Assembly: GCA_965218295.1 (NCBI GenBank)
Contig: CBDCKN010000009.1
Span: forward strand, 32,001 to 96,000
Length of the DNA stretch: 64,000 nt
From: Longimicrobiales bacterium
Lineage (GTDB): Bacteria; Gemmatimonadota; Gemmatimonadetes; Longimicrobiales; Gaopeijiaceae
Reading direction: 5' to 3'
A program made the translations under genes and the position numbers. The notes under the pieces are model-generated. The model was not told the origin of the DNA, made no database searches, and was given only the letters and a program-made list of their open reading frames with translations. Positions 1 to 9,148 of this stretch are shown in pieces. Position 1 is the stretch's first letter; every line of letters starts with the position of its first letter.

Positions 1-357
1 GTTCTGAGTGCGCAGGAATTCGACACATTCGTGCACTCCGTCGACCGCCCGATCCACCTCGACACGCGAGTCGATCAGTGGCTTTCCGCCCTCTCGGGCG
101 GCTTCGACCGCTAGCTCCTCTCGTCGCTCCTGCATGATGGCGGCGGCGCCCCTCAGGATCTCGATCCGGCGGGCCGGGCTGAGCCAGGCGTCCCTGTCGC
201 GGAAGAGTCGGTAGGCCGTGTCCAGCGCCTCCTCCACGACCCGCGCTCCTCCGCGCTCTACGGTAGCGATCAGGCTCCGATCGTAGGGCGCATGGACGTC
301 CATGAGGTCGCTGTCCGGTGTCGCGCCCGGAACCATGAGTGGGAACTGCTCAGGCAT
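1..357 (-). CDS. Aldehyde dehydrogenase family protein (5' part; runs off the window edge)
   Basis: Manual translation from ATG 357: MPEQFPLMVPGATPDSDLMDVHAPYDRSLIATV...RRIEILRGAAAIMQERREELAVEAAREGGKPLIDSRVEVDRA, a typical ALDH N-terminus (ExGKP). Absent from the ORF track because there is no stop inside the window. Confidence 0.85.
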   Translation of the reverse strand, partial: MPEQFPLMVPGATPDSDLMDVHAPYDRSLIATVERGGARVVEEALDTAYRLFRDRDAWLSPARRIEILRGAAAIMQERREELAVEAAREGGKPLIDSRVEVDRAVDGVHECVEFLRTQN

Positions 358-393
358 TCTCGTATCTCCCGTTATTCGGCCGCCCGCGCCGTC

Positions 394-1650
394 CTATATG
401 GGACAGACCAGATCCCCCAGCTTCTCCGTCAACTTCATGTTCTCCGAGTAATCCACAGGGCAGTCGATGATCACGACGGTGTCGTCGGCGATGGCCTGCC
501 TCAGCGTCGGCACCAACTCGTCGGCGCTTTCCACCCGATAGCCCTTGGCCCCGAAGCTCTTCGCGAACATCACGAAGTCGGGATTGTTGAAGTCGATGTG
601 GCTGGGGCGGTCGAAGTGGCGCAGCTGATGCCAATGGATCAGACCGTACTCGCTGTCGTTCCAGATGAGAATGATGATTGGGGTCCCGATACGGAGCGCG
701 GTCTCGATCTCCTGGCAATTCATCAGGAATCCGGCATCGCCCGTGATCGTTACTGCGGTACGGTCCGGGTGGACCAGCTTTGCGGCGATGGCCCCGGGCA
801 CGCCGATCCCCATCGAGGCGAAACCGTTCGAGATGATGCAGGTGTTGGGGCGCTCGGCCTCGTAGAGCCGGGCGGTCCACATCTTATGAGCGTCCACGTC
901 GCTGATGACGATGTCCTCCGGCCCGAGCACCTTCCGGAGGTCCCAAAGGATACGCTGCGGTACCATGGGGAACGCGGGGTTCTCCGCGTGCTCGGAGTGC
1001 TCCTGAAGGATGAGGTCTCGCAAAGCTCCAAGCTTCGGTTCGTTCTGAGGCTGCGCCACCTCAGCGATCCGCCGCAGTGACTCACCGATGTCGCCGATGA
1101 CCCCGGCCGCCAGCATGTAGTGCTCATCCACCTCGGCCGGCGTCTCGTCGATGTGTAGGATTTGGGCGTGTTTTTCGGGATGCCACAGATACGGATGGTA
1201 CTCGACCATGTCGTAGCCTACGCAAATGATCACGTCTGCGCGGTCGAATCCGCAGCTGACGTAGTCGTGGGCTTGCAAGCCCACGGTCCCGAGGCTGAGG
1301 GGGTGTGAGAACGGTATCGCGCCCTTGGCCATGAAGGTGGTCGCGACGGGGATCTGCAGCCTCTCGGCGAACGCCTGGAGCTGCGCCGTGCCTCCGGAGC
1401 GGATGACGCCGTTCCCTGCCATGACGACCGGGTGCTCCGCGCTCGAGATGATCTCAGCGGCCTGCTCGATCTTGGCCTCAGGGGCCCCGGGGGTCGTGGC
1501 CGCCTGCACCTTGAGCGGCTCCTTTCCTTCTACGTCGGAGCCGGCGATGTTTTCGGGAAAGGCGATGAAGCTGACGCCTGGCTTCTCCACGATCGCCTGC
1601 TTGAACGCCTTGCGAACCACCTCCGGAATGGTCTCCGGGTCCATGATCTG
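394..1650 (-). pseudogene. Acetolactate synthase large subunit-like ThDP enzyme, 5'-truncated at the IS end
   Basis: ThDP motif GDAGF...WND plus SNGFASMG. Homology begins abruptly at QIMDPETIPEVVRKAF next to the IS inverted repeat at 1651, so more than 100 N-terminal residues are missing. SDVDAHKMW replaces the usual SDVGAHKMW. Confidence 0.85.
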
Positions 1651-1673
1651 GGTAATTATATACCCCTTGCACG
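1651..1673 (+). repeat. IS terminal inverted repeat (left)
   Basis: Exact reverse complement of 3299-3321. Confidence 0.95.
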
Positions 1674-1695
1674 ACAACTGCGGGTCAGTTAGCGT
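1667..1695 (+). promoter_or_regulatory. Putative inward-facing sigma70 promoter in the left IS end
   Basis: TTGCAC-17 nt-TAGCGT with an ATG 5 nt downstream (1701). Confidence 0.45.
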
Positions 1696-1700
1696 GGGGT

Positions 1701-2197
1701 ATGAATCTGAGAGGTTGGCTTGGCAGGCCATACACTGCGGTGTGTGGTCTCGCAATGTTCACGGGTTTGTTGGTCGATTTTCAGGGTGCGGCCTCCTAAG
1801 ATGTCCAAGGTCGTGCCTGTTCTTGCGGCGTTCCTCCCTATAATAGCTATAGGTGGAACGACGTTCTTTGGGCTTTGGTCAATAACGTCTATTTGGACGT
1901 TCCTTTAGGTCACGGCGCCCTGCTGCGAGGTTTGGAACATACTATCACACTGTGGTTCAATGCCGTGATGCCGCCAGGTTCGCGATGGAATGTTCCACGC
2001 ACAGTGCAGAACTGTATGCTGACTTGCGGCAACTTTCCGAAATATTGGGAAGGTTGGGCATAGAGTGTCCATCCGTATTCCCAGATGACCAGAAATATTC
2101 AAGCATATGGTTCGCCTTTCTGACTGAATTGAGCTCACTGGCTTTCCATGGAGATTTGACCAAAGCGCGCAGGCTAAAAAAGTTGATGTCCCTGTGA
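1701..2197 (+). pseudogene. IS passenger gene, putative membrane protein broken by two frameshifts
   Basis: Three consecutive frames (MNLRGWLGRPYTAVCGLAMFTGLLVDFQG / MSKVVPVLAAFLPIIAIGGTTFFGLWSITSIWTFL / RSRRPAARFG...KARRLKKLMSL) join into ~164 aa if one base is removed near 1797 and another near 1906. GC is lower than the host DNA. Confidence 0.4.
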
Positions 2198-2208
2198 ACA
2201 GACAGATG

Positions 2209-3117
2209 TTACGCGGCGGCTGTCAGCTCGCGGTACCGGAGGGCCTGGCCGTCCAGGAGACGGATCAGGACGGCCTCGAAGATGTAGGGGTTGTTCCGGT
2301 GGTTGATCCTGAACTCGACTTCGGACAGGTAGGCGTCCAGGTGCTTGGCGCTGACCTGGTGCCATGCTCCGACGATGGAGCGCTTGAGAAGGCTCCAGAC
2401 ACCCTCTACGCTGTTCGTGTGGACATCTCCGACCACCCACTCCTCTTCGGAGTGTTTGACCGTCTCATGGCGCGTGTCGTGATCGGCGATCCCGAGGTAG
2501 GACTTAAGCTCGTCGGTGTAGATGGCCTCGGTGTCGGACCGCGTGTTCCTGGCGATGAAGGCGTGGAGCGTGGCCCGCTTGATGTTGGGGACCACCTCGA
2601 TACGCACCTCGCCGCCACGCTGGACGGCTCCGGCGACCCACGTCTTGCCGACGCGGTTGCCGGTACCGACGCCGCGCCTCTTGCCGCCGACCAGGGTCTC
2701 GTCCACCTCGACCACGCCGAACAGGGTCGGCCCGCCCGAGAGATTGCCCCGCATGGCCGACCGGATACGATGGCACAGGTGCCACGCGGTCTTGTAGGTG
2801 ACGCCGATCGTCCGCTTGATCTGGTTCGCGCTGATGCTCTTCTTCGACTCGCAGACCAGGTAGATCGTTACGAACCACTTCCAGAGCGGAAGGTTCGTGT
2901 TGTCGAAGATGGTTCCCGAAGTAACGCTGAAGCGGTAGCGGCACCCGTTGCAGTCGAACTGGTCGCGGGTGCTGATCTCCGAGACGGACATGTCGCCGCA
3001 GCGCGGGCAAGCAACCGCCCCCGACCAGCGCAGCTTCTCAAGGTATTCGCGGCAAGTCTCTTCGTCGCGGAACTTTTCGATCAACGAAATCAGATTGATT
3101 CTGGAGGTGTCAACCAT
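2209..3117 (-). CDS. IS1595-family (ISXO2-like) DDE transposase
   Basis: Zn ribbon CPRCG...CNGC, then EVDETLVGG, IYTDE, HTNSVEGVWSLLKR and YLSEVEFR. Confidence 0.95.
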   Translation of the reverse strand: MVDTSRINLISLIEKFRDEETCREYLEKLRWSGAVACPRCGDMSVSEISTRDQFDCNGCRYRFSVTSGTIFDNTNLPLWKWFVTIYLVCESKKSISANQIKRTIGVTYKTAWHLCHRIRSAMRGNLSGGPTLFGVVEVDETLVGGKRRGVGTGNRVGKTWVAGAVQRGGEVRIEVVPNIKRATLHAFIARNTRSDTEAIYTDELKSYLGIADHDTRHETVKHSEEEWVVGDVHTNSVEGVWSLLKRSIVGAWHQVSAKHLDAYLSEVEFRINHRNNPYIFEAVLIRLLDGQALRYRELTAAA

Positions 3118-3262
3118 GGGTCATACCCGGCGTAAAGAGGACAAGCTACCGAAGGACGTAAGGCACCTAACGGGCGACCAGGTGATGGAGAAGTTGTTCT
3201 CTAAGAAAGTGGCTAAAGAACTGAAGAAGGTCGCCCATGAGAAGGGCCGGAAAGCGAAGTGA
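3116..3262 (+). CDS. Small basic protein (48 aa) inside the IS, divergent from the transposase
   Basis: Strong SD GGAGGT (3103-3108) before ATG 3116; MGHTRRKEDKLPKDVRHLTGDQVMEKLFSKKVAKELKKVAHEKGRKAK. Confidence 0.55.
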   Translation: MGHTRRKEDKLPKDVRHLTGDQVMEKLFSKKVAKELKKVAHEKGRKAK

Positions 3263-3276
3263 ATATCCATACACTG

Positions 3277-3305
3277 AATCTAATACAACCGGCCCTGCCG
3301 TGCAA
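3277..3305 (-). promoter_or_regulatory. Putative transposase promoter in the right IS end
   Basis: Minus strand TTGCAC-17 nt-TAGATT with an ATG 6 nt downstream (3270). Confidence 0.55.
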
Positions 3306-3321
3306 GGGGTATATAATTACC
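3299..3321 (-). repeat. IS terminal inverted repeat (right)
   Basis: CGTGCAAGGGGTATATAATTACC, exact reverse complement of 1651-1673. Confidence 0.95.
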
Positions 3322-3655
3322 GAACGGTGGCGTCTCCGACCCTGAAGACGTCGCCAATGCGCACCACCTCGTCTGTCAGGCCCTCGACGGTGAGGTTCTC
3401 TCCAAAGTTGCCGTAACGGAGATCGTCGCGCCGCAGCTCTTGCTTCCAGTACTCGTAGTAGTCGCCTGAATAGACATAGACCGCTTTATCCCGGCCGCCG
3501 TGCACGCTGAGGTCGGCCTGCCGATCCTCATCCAGGTTGAGCTCGCGCATCATCAGCGGCCCAGCCACGGGATCCTTGAAGATGCCTGTCTCGACTCTTC
3601 CGCCTCTGTACTCGACGACCTTCGGGAGCGAGACGTTCACTGATAGGATGCTCAT
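3322..3655 (-). pseudogene. MOSC-domain (YiiM-like) protein, 3'-truncated by the IS
   Basis: TGIFK, DRQADLSVHGGRDKAVYVY, FGENLTVEG and IGDVFRVG are present. The frame ends at the IR before the expected QPRxPC motif. Confidence 0.9.
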
Positions 3656-3745
3656 AGTCGAGGCGCTCGGGTCCTATGGCTCCCGGTGCTACAGTTGTTG
3701 ACAGTATTCTACGACGTTCTCCAGCGTCCTCCAAGGAGCACCCCC

Positions 3746-5470
3746 GTGAAGAAACCATCAGTGTCCGAATACATCGTTTCCGCTCTCGCGCAAGCCGGCG
3801 TGCAGCGGGTGTACGGAATCGTTGGTGATTCACTCAACGGAGTCACCGAAGCCGTGCGCCGCCATCCCGATGTGGATTGGGTGTCCGTCCGACACGAGGA
3901 AACCGGCGCGTTCGCCGCCGCGGCCGAAGCTCAGCTGACCGGTCGGTTGGCCGTATGCGCCGGGAGCAGCGGGCCCGGGTGTATTCACCTCGTCAACGGC
4001 CTGTACGATGCGCAGCGCAGCCTGGCGCCAGTATTGGCGCTGGCGGGCCACATCCCCTCCACCGAGATCGGGACCGGATTCTTCCAAGAGTCCCATCCCG
4101 ACCGGCTCTTCGTCGACTGCAGTCATTATAGTGAGCTGATCTCCTCCCCCAGGCAGATGCCCCGCACGCTTCAGATTGCCATGCAGACCGCAATCAGCCG
4201 GCGCGGGGTCGCCGTGGTCGTGCTGCCGGGGGATATCGCCCTGGCCCAGATGACTGACATGGATCTGGCGCACCCCATCGCCGGGGACTGTTCGCGCAGC
4301 CAGCCGTGTGACGACACCCTGGCCGAGCTCGCCGCGCTGTTGAGCGGCAAGGCCAGGGTTACGATCCTCGCTGGCGCGGGGTGCGCGGGCGCCCACGGTC
4401 AGCTCCTCGAGGTAGCCGCCACTCTCAAGGCTCCGATCGTGCACGCGCTCCGGGGCAAGGAGCACGTCGCCTACGACAATCCATACGACGTAGGAATGAC
4501 GGGCCTGATTGGTCTCTCCCCCGGCTACAAGGCGCTGGAAAGTTGCGATGTGCTCCTCATGCTGGGCACGGATTTCCCCTACGCCGACTGGTATCCCAAG
4601 GGAAAGACCATCATCCAGGTCGACATCGACGGGCAGCGCCTGGGACGCCGCTGCGGCCTGACCCTGGGAGTCCAAGCCGATGTAAAGGAGACGCTGGCGG
4701 CTCTCCTGCCTCTGCTGGCAAAGAAGGAAGACTCAGGCCATCTGGATCAGGCGGTCGAGCAACACGTGTCCGCACGCAAACGCCTGGACGAGCACGTACG
4801 GAAATCGACGGAGGACAAGCCGATCCACCCCGAGTACCTGACGAGCATCGTGAGCGAGCTGGCCAGCCCCGACGCGGTGTTCACGGCGGATGTCGGGATG
4901 TGCACGGTCTGGGCGGCGCGGTATCTGGAGATGACCAGAGAGCGCCGTCTTCTGGGCTCCTTTACCCACGGCTCGATGGCCAACGCCCTTCCCCAGGCGA
5001 TCGGAGCTCAGCTCTGCTATCCCGATCGCCAGGTGATCTCACTCTCGGGAGACGGCGGTTTCACCATGCTGTTGGGGGATTTCATCACGCTGGTGCAGGC
5101 GGGGCTTCCGGTGAAGGTGGTGGTCTACAACAACAGCTCGCTCGCGATGGTCAAGCTCGAGCAGAACGTGGCTGGGCTCCCTGATTTCGGGACGCAGCTG
5201 GAGAATCCGAATTTCGCCAAGGTCGCCGAGGCGATGGGCGCGCGAGGAATCCGCGTGGAGGATCCAGGAGAACTCAGATCGGCGGTGGCGTCCGCGCTCG
5301 AGACGAACGGCCCGGTGCTGGTGGATGTGCTCACGAATCCCGGGGAGCTCTCGATGCCTCCCAAGACGACGCTGAAGCAGGTCCAGGGATACAGTCTGTA
5401 CTTGATCAAGGAGATTCTGGGCGGGCGCGGCGGCGGTGCGATCGAGTCGCTTCGAAGCAGCCGGCGGTAG
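3746..5470 (+). CDS. poxB: Pyruvate oxidase / quinone-dependent pyruvate dehydrogenase
   Basis: GIVGDSLN, VRHEETGAFAA, GSSGPG, ALRGKEHVAYDNPYDVGMTG, GSFTHGSMANALPQAIG and GDGGF. AAGGAG precedes GTG 3746. Confidence 0.9.
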   Translation: MKKPSVSEYIVSALAQAGVQRVYGIVGDSLNGVTEAVRRHPDVDWVSVRHEETGAFAAAAEAQLTGRLAVCAGSSGPGCIHLVNGLYDAQRSLAPVLALAGHIPSTEIGTGFFQESHPDRLFVDCSHYSELISSPRQMPRTLQIAMQTAISRRGVAVVVLPGDIALAQMTDMDLAHPIAGDCSRSQPCDDTLAELAALLSGKARVTILAGAGCAGAHGQLLEVAATLKAPIVHALRGKEHVAYDNPYDVGMTGLIGLSPGYKALESCDVLLMLGTDFPYADWYPKGKTIIQVDIDGQRLGRRCGLTLGVQADVKETLAALLPLLAKKEDSGHLDQAVEQHVSARKRLDEHVRKSTEDKPIHPEYLTSIVSELASPDAVFTADVGMCTVWAARYLEMTRERRLLGSFTHGSMANALPQAIGAQLCYPDRQVISLSGDGGFTMLLGDFITLVQAGLPVKVVVYNNSSLAMVKLEQNVAGLPDFGTQLENPNFAKVAEAMGARGIRVEDPGELRSAVASALETNGPVLVDVLTNPGELSMPPKTTLKQVQGYSLYLIKEILGGRGGGAIESLRSSRR

Positions 5471-5509
5471 CGCATTGCGCGGAGGCCTCGTCACGGCGTT
5501 TGAGTCATC

Positions 5510-8014
5510 TTGCCCCGACGGCGACGAGAAGTTTTGATATCCCTCTCCAACCCTGGCCCTGGGCTTCATCCGAACAGCGAGGACGTAGCCACGAAACATC
5601 GCTCCCTGTATGTCGTTCTAGGCGTGGCGGCGCTGGTCGCGTCTGGGCTAGATCCCGCGCGCGCGCAGGACCGCGTGGCCGTGAGCATCGGCGTCGTGGT
5701 CGACGGGCCGTGGGAACGAAACGACGAGATTCTAGATCGCTTCCAGCAGGAAATCACCGCGCTCCTTTCCGGCGATTTCGACGTACGGTTTCCGATCCAG
5801 GCACAGGTCGATGGCGGCTGGACGACGGAGGGCGTACGGAACGCGCTCGACCGGTTGCTGGGAGATCAGGAGGTGGACCTCGTCCTCACCATCGGTGTGC
5901 TCGGTTCCGTGGATGCGGGACGCCGCACGGTGCTTCCGAAACCCGTCATCGCTCCCTTCATCTGGGACTCGGATCTACAGGCCATTCCCCGCACGGACAG
6001 CGGCACGAGTGGCGTCGCCAACTTGAGCTATGTCGAGCATCCCGCGGCTTTTTCGCGGGACCTCCAGCTCTTCCGAGAGGTCGTGCCGTTTCAGAGGCTC
6101 GGTGTCTTGCGTGGTGAAGCGTATGTGGGTGGCGCTCCGGAGCTGTGGATCGGGCTGGAGCGGATGGCCACCGCTCTTGGCGTCGAGCTGGTGTCGATCC
6201 CAGTGGGTGGCTCGGCCGATTCGGCCATCGCCGCAGTGCCGCCGGACGTGGAGGCGGTGTACCTCTACCCGTTGACCCAGCTGCGGCCGGGCGAGTTCGA
6301 CCTGCTGGTCGAACGCCTCATCGAGCGGCGGCTGCCGAGCTTCTCGTTCTTGGGCGTCGAGGAGGTGGAGCGAGGCATCCTTGTCGGCCTCAATCCCGAG
6401 ACGTTCTGGGTCCGACTGGCGCGGAGAGTCGCTTTGAACGCGCAACAAATCCTTCTCGGCGCAGACGCGGGCACCCTCTCGGTGGCCATCTCATACGGCG
6501 AGTGGCTGACGCTGAACATGGGGACCGCGCGCGCCATCGGCGTTTCGCCGTCGTGGCAGGTAGTCACCGAAGCGGAAGCGATCAACGATGTCCCGGAAGA
6601 GGGGCGCCGGCTGACGCTCGCCGATGCCGTGCGCGAGGCGCTGGACGCCAACCTGGACTTGACGGTCGAGGACCACCTAGTGGCGGCCGGGTCGAAGAAC
6701 GTCGGGCTGGCCCGTTCTCAACTCTTGCCACAGCTCGACGTGTCGGCGCTCGCCGCGGTCATCGACGCGGACCGGGCTGAGGCAAGCGTCGGTCGCCAGC
6801 CACAGCGGACCCTCATTGGCGGCGTCACCGCGACGCAGCTGCTGTTCTCTGAGCCCGCGTGGGCGAATATGGCCATTCAAGATCGCGTGCAGGTCTCCCG
6901 GGAAGCCCAACGGGACGTGCTCCGGCTCGACGTCATCTGGAATGCGGCGACGGCGTACCTGAACGTGCTGCGCGCCCGCAAATTCGAGCAGATCCAACGG
7001 GAGAACCTGCGGCTCACGCGCGCGAATCTCGAGCGGGCTCGAGTCCGCCGGGTCATCGGCGCGGCGAGCTTCGCCGAAGAGTTCCGTTGGGAGACCGAGA
7101 TCGCACGGGGGCGCAGCGCGTCGATACGAGCCAACTCCCAACGGAACATCGCGGAGATCGCGTTGAACCGCGTGCGGCACCGCCCGCTCGAGGAGTCGTT
7201 CTTGATTGAGGAAGTGGGGCTCGACGACCCCTCCTTGCTCACGGGTGACGCACGGTTCTTCGACTACTTTACCGATCGGGCCACCTTCCGGGTCTTTCGC
7301 ACTTTCATGACCCGTGAAGCGGTTGCCTCGTCACCCGAACTGCAGGGCCTCGCGGCGGCCATCGACGCACAGCGCCGCGTGTATCGTTCCACGTCCAACA
7401 GCTTCTGGGCGCCCACGGTGGCGCTTCAAGCCGACTTGACGGGCCGCCTGGCGGAGGGAGGAGCCGGTACGAACTTCAGCCCGCAGCTACCGCCGGGGAC
7501 ACCCGATCTCTCGGGATTGTTTCCCCAAGCCAACGACGTGAGTCTGAGCCTGGGACTCAATGTGTCGATACCCGTTTTCTTGGGCGGCGCGCGTTTCTTG
7601 GAGCGCACGCAGAGTCTCGAGGAAGTTGCCCGACTCGAAGCACAACAGTTGGCCGTGAGCGAACGCATCGAGCAGCGGGTTCGTACCGCGCTGCATGTTG
7701 CGGGCTCGAGCTATGCGAGTATCGGGCTAGCCCGTGAGGGCGCTGACGCCGCGGGGAGCAACCTGGATCTGGTGAGTGACTCGTACTCGCAGGGCCTCGT
7801 TTCGATCATCGACCTCATCAATGCTCAAAACGCCGCGCTGGTCGCCGACCTCAGCGCCGCCACGGCGGTATACGACTTCCTCGTTGATTGGGTCGAAGTG
7901 GAGCGCGCGATCGGGCGTTTCAGTCTGTTCATGACCGCTGACGGGCGGAACGATTTCTTCGATCGGCTGGAAGCATTTGTCGCTGTAGGCGGCGGCGACG
8001 CGGCGCAACGTTGA
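5510..8014 (+). CDS. TolC-family outer membrane efflux protein with an N-terminal periplasmic substrate-binding-like domain
   Basis: Signal peptide (...PARAQ), then an ~330-aa alpha/beta domain, then OEP repeats (LTLADAVREALDAN, AYLNVL, YSQGLVSIIDLINAQ). First gene of an MFP-RND operon. The start is uncertain and may lie near 5585. Confidence 0.8.
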   Translation: MPRRRREVLISLSNPGPGLHPNSEDVATKHRSLYVVLGVAALVASGLDPARAQDRVAVSIGVVVDGPWERNDEILDRFQQEITALLSGDFDVRFPIQAQVDGGWTTEGVRNALDRLLGDQEVDLVLTIGVLGSVDAGRRTVLPKPVIAPFIWDSDLQAIPRTDSGTSGVANLSYVEHPAAFSRDLQLFREVVPFQRLGVLRGEAYVGGAPELWIGLERMATALGVELVSIPVGGSADSAIAAVPPDVEAVYLYPLTQLRPGEFDLLVERLIERRLPSFSFLGVEEVERGILVGLNPETFWVRLARRVALNAQQILLGADAGTLSVAISYGEWLTLNMGTARAIGVSPSWQVVTEAEAINDVPEEGRRLTLADAVREALDANLDLTVEDHLVAAGSKNVGLARSQLLPQLDVSALAAVIDADRAEASVGRQPQRTLIGGVTATQLLFSEPAWANMAIQDRVQVSREAQRDVLRLDVIWNAATAYLNVLRARKFEQIQRENLRLTRANLERARVRRVIGAASFAEEFRWETEIARGRSASIRANSQRNIAEIALNRVRHRPLEESFLIEEVGLDDPSLLTGDARFFDYFTDRATFRVFRTFMTREAVASSPELQGLAAAIDAQRRVYRSTSNSFWAPTVALQADLTGRLAEGGAGTNFSPQLPPGTPDLSGLFPQANDVSLSLGLNVSIPVFLGGARFLERTQSLEEVARLEAQQLAVSERIEQRVRTALHVAGSSYASIGLAREGADAAGSNLDLVSDSYSQGLVSIIDLINAQNAALVADLSAATAVYDFLVDWVEVERAIGRFSLFMTADGRNDFFDRLEAFVAVGGGDAAQR

Positions 8015-8037
8015 CCACGGACTGATCGGGTAAAGCC

Positions 8038-9148
8038 ATGAGACTACCAGACGATTTGTTTCGAACTTGTGGGACCGCCTCCGCGGTGCTGCTCGTGGCC
8101 TGCGGCGGCGGCGAACCGACCACCGAGGTCCTTCGTCCCGTACGGTACGCCCAGGTCTTCGCGACTGGCGGGATTCTAGAACGCACGTTTTCCGGCGCCG
8201 CACATGCCCGTGTGGAGTCGCGTTTGAGCTTTCGAGTGGCTGGAGCGATTCAGCAGATCCCCGTGGACGTTGGCGATGCGGTGCGGATAGGACAGCTCAT
8301 CGGTGAGCTCGATCCGGAGGACTATCGGCTTCAGCTCCAGGAGGCGGAAGTCGCCGTCGCACGCGCGCGCGGAGGCGCGCAACGCCGAGGCCAATCTGGT
8401 GCGGATTCGAGAGCTCTACGAGAGCAGCAACGCGTCCGAGAACGATCTGGACGCCGCGCTTTCGGCGTCCCAAACGGCGGCCGCCCAGGTGCAGGCTGCC
8501 GTGAACCGGCGCGACGCGGCGCGGCTGCAGTTGAGCTACACCCGGCTCAGCGCCCCCGCACCGGGTCGTATCTCCTCGGTCGACGTCGAGGTCAATGAAA
8601 ATATCCGTGTCGGGCAGACCGTGGCGGTGCTCACGTCGGCATCGGAGCTGGAGGTGGAAGTCGCCTTCCCGGAGGCGCTCATCTCGCGCGTACGGGAGGG
8701 CCACCGCGTCACCGTCACCTTCGATGCGCTGCCGGACAGTTCATTTGCGGCCGCCGTGACCGAAGTTGGCGTTACCGCCGGTGGGTTGGCCACCACGTTC
8801 CCTGTCACCGTTCGACTCCAGCGCACGGTGGAGGGGCTTCGACCGGGGATGGCAGCGGAGGTGGCGTTCCGATTCGAATCTAGCGACCGACGGGAGCGGG
8901 TGATCGTGCCGTTGGTGGCGGTCGGGGAGGATCGAAATGGCCGCTTCGTTTTCGTGGTGCAACGTGTCGACTCCATCACGGGTGTCGTGTTGCGGCGGCC
9001 GGTGACTGTGGGTGAGCTCACGACGGACGAGGGCTTCGAGATTCTCGAGGGACTCGTCGATGAGGAACTCGTAGTGACGGCCGGCATCAGCCGCATCGCG
9101 GACAGCATGCGCGTCAGGCTGCCGCGCCCCACAGGACCGGGATCATGA
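8038..9148 (+). CDS. RND efflux membrane fusion protein (frameshift at ~8365)
   Basis: Lipobox LLVAC, LSFRVAG, LSYTRLSAP and LRPGMAAEV. Split between ORFs 8038-8598 and 8303-9148 at a (CG)5 tract, 8362-8371. Confidence 0.85.

Larger units (their letters stand above)
1651..3321 (-). mobile_element. IS1595-family insertion sequence, 1671 bp, with passenger DNA
   Basis: Perfect 23-bp terminal inverted repeats GGTAATTATATACCCCTTGCACG (1651-1673) and its reverse complement (3299-3321) enclose a DDE transposase. No flanking direct repeat. Confidence 0.93.

Noticed and set aside
1651..1755. N-terminus MRDHTPQCM... of ORF 394-1755
   Set aside because: It is read through the IS end and is not part of the acetolactate synthase.
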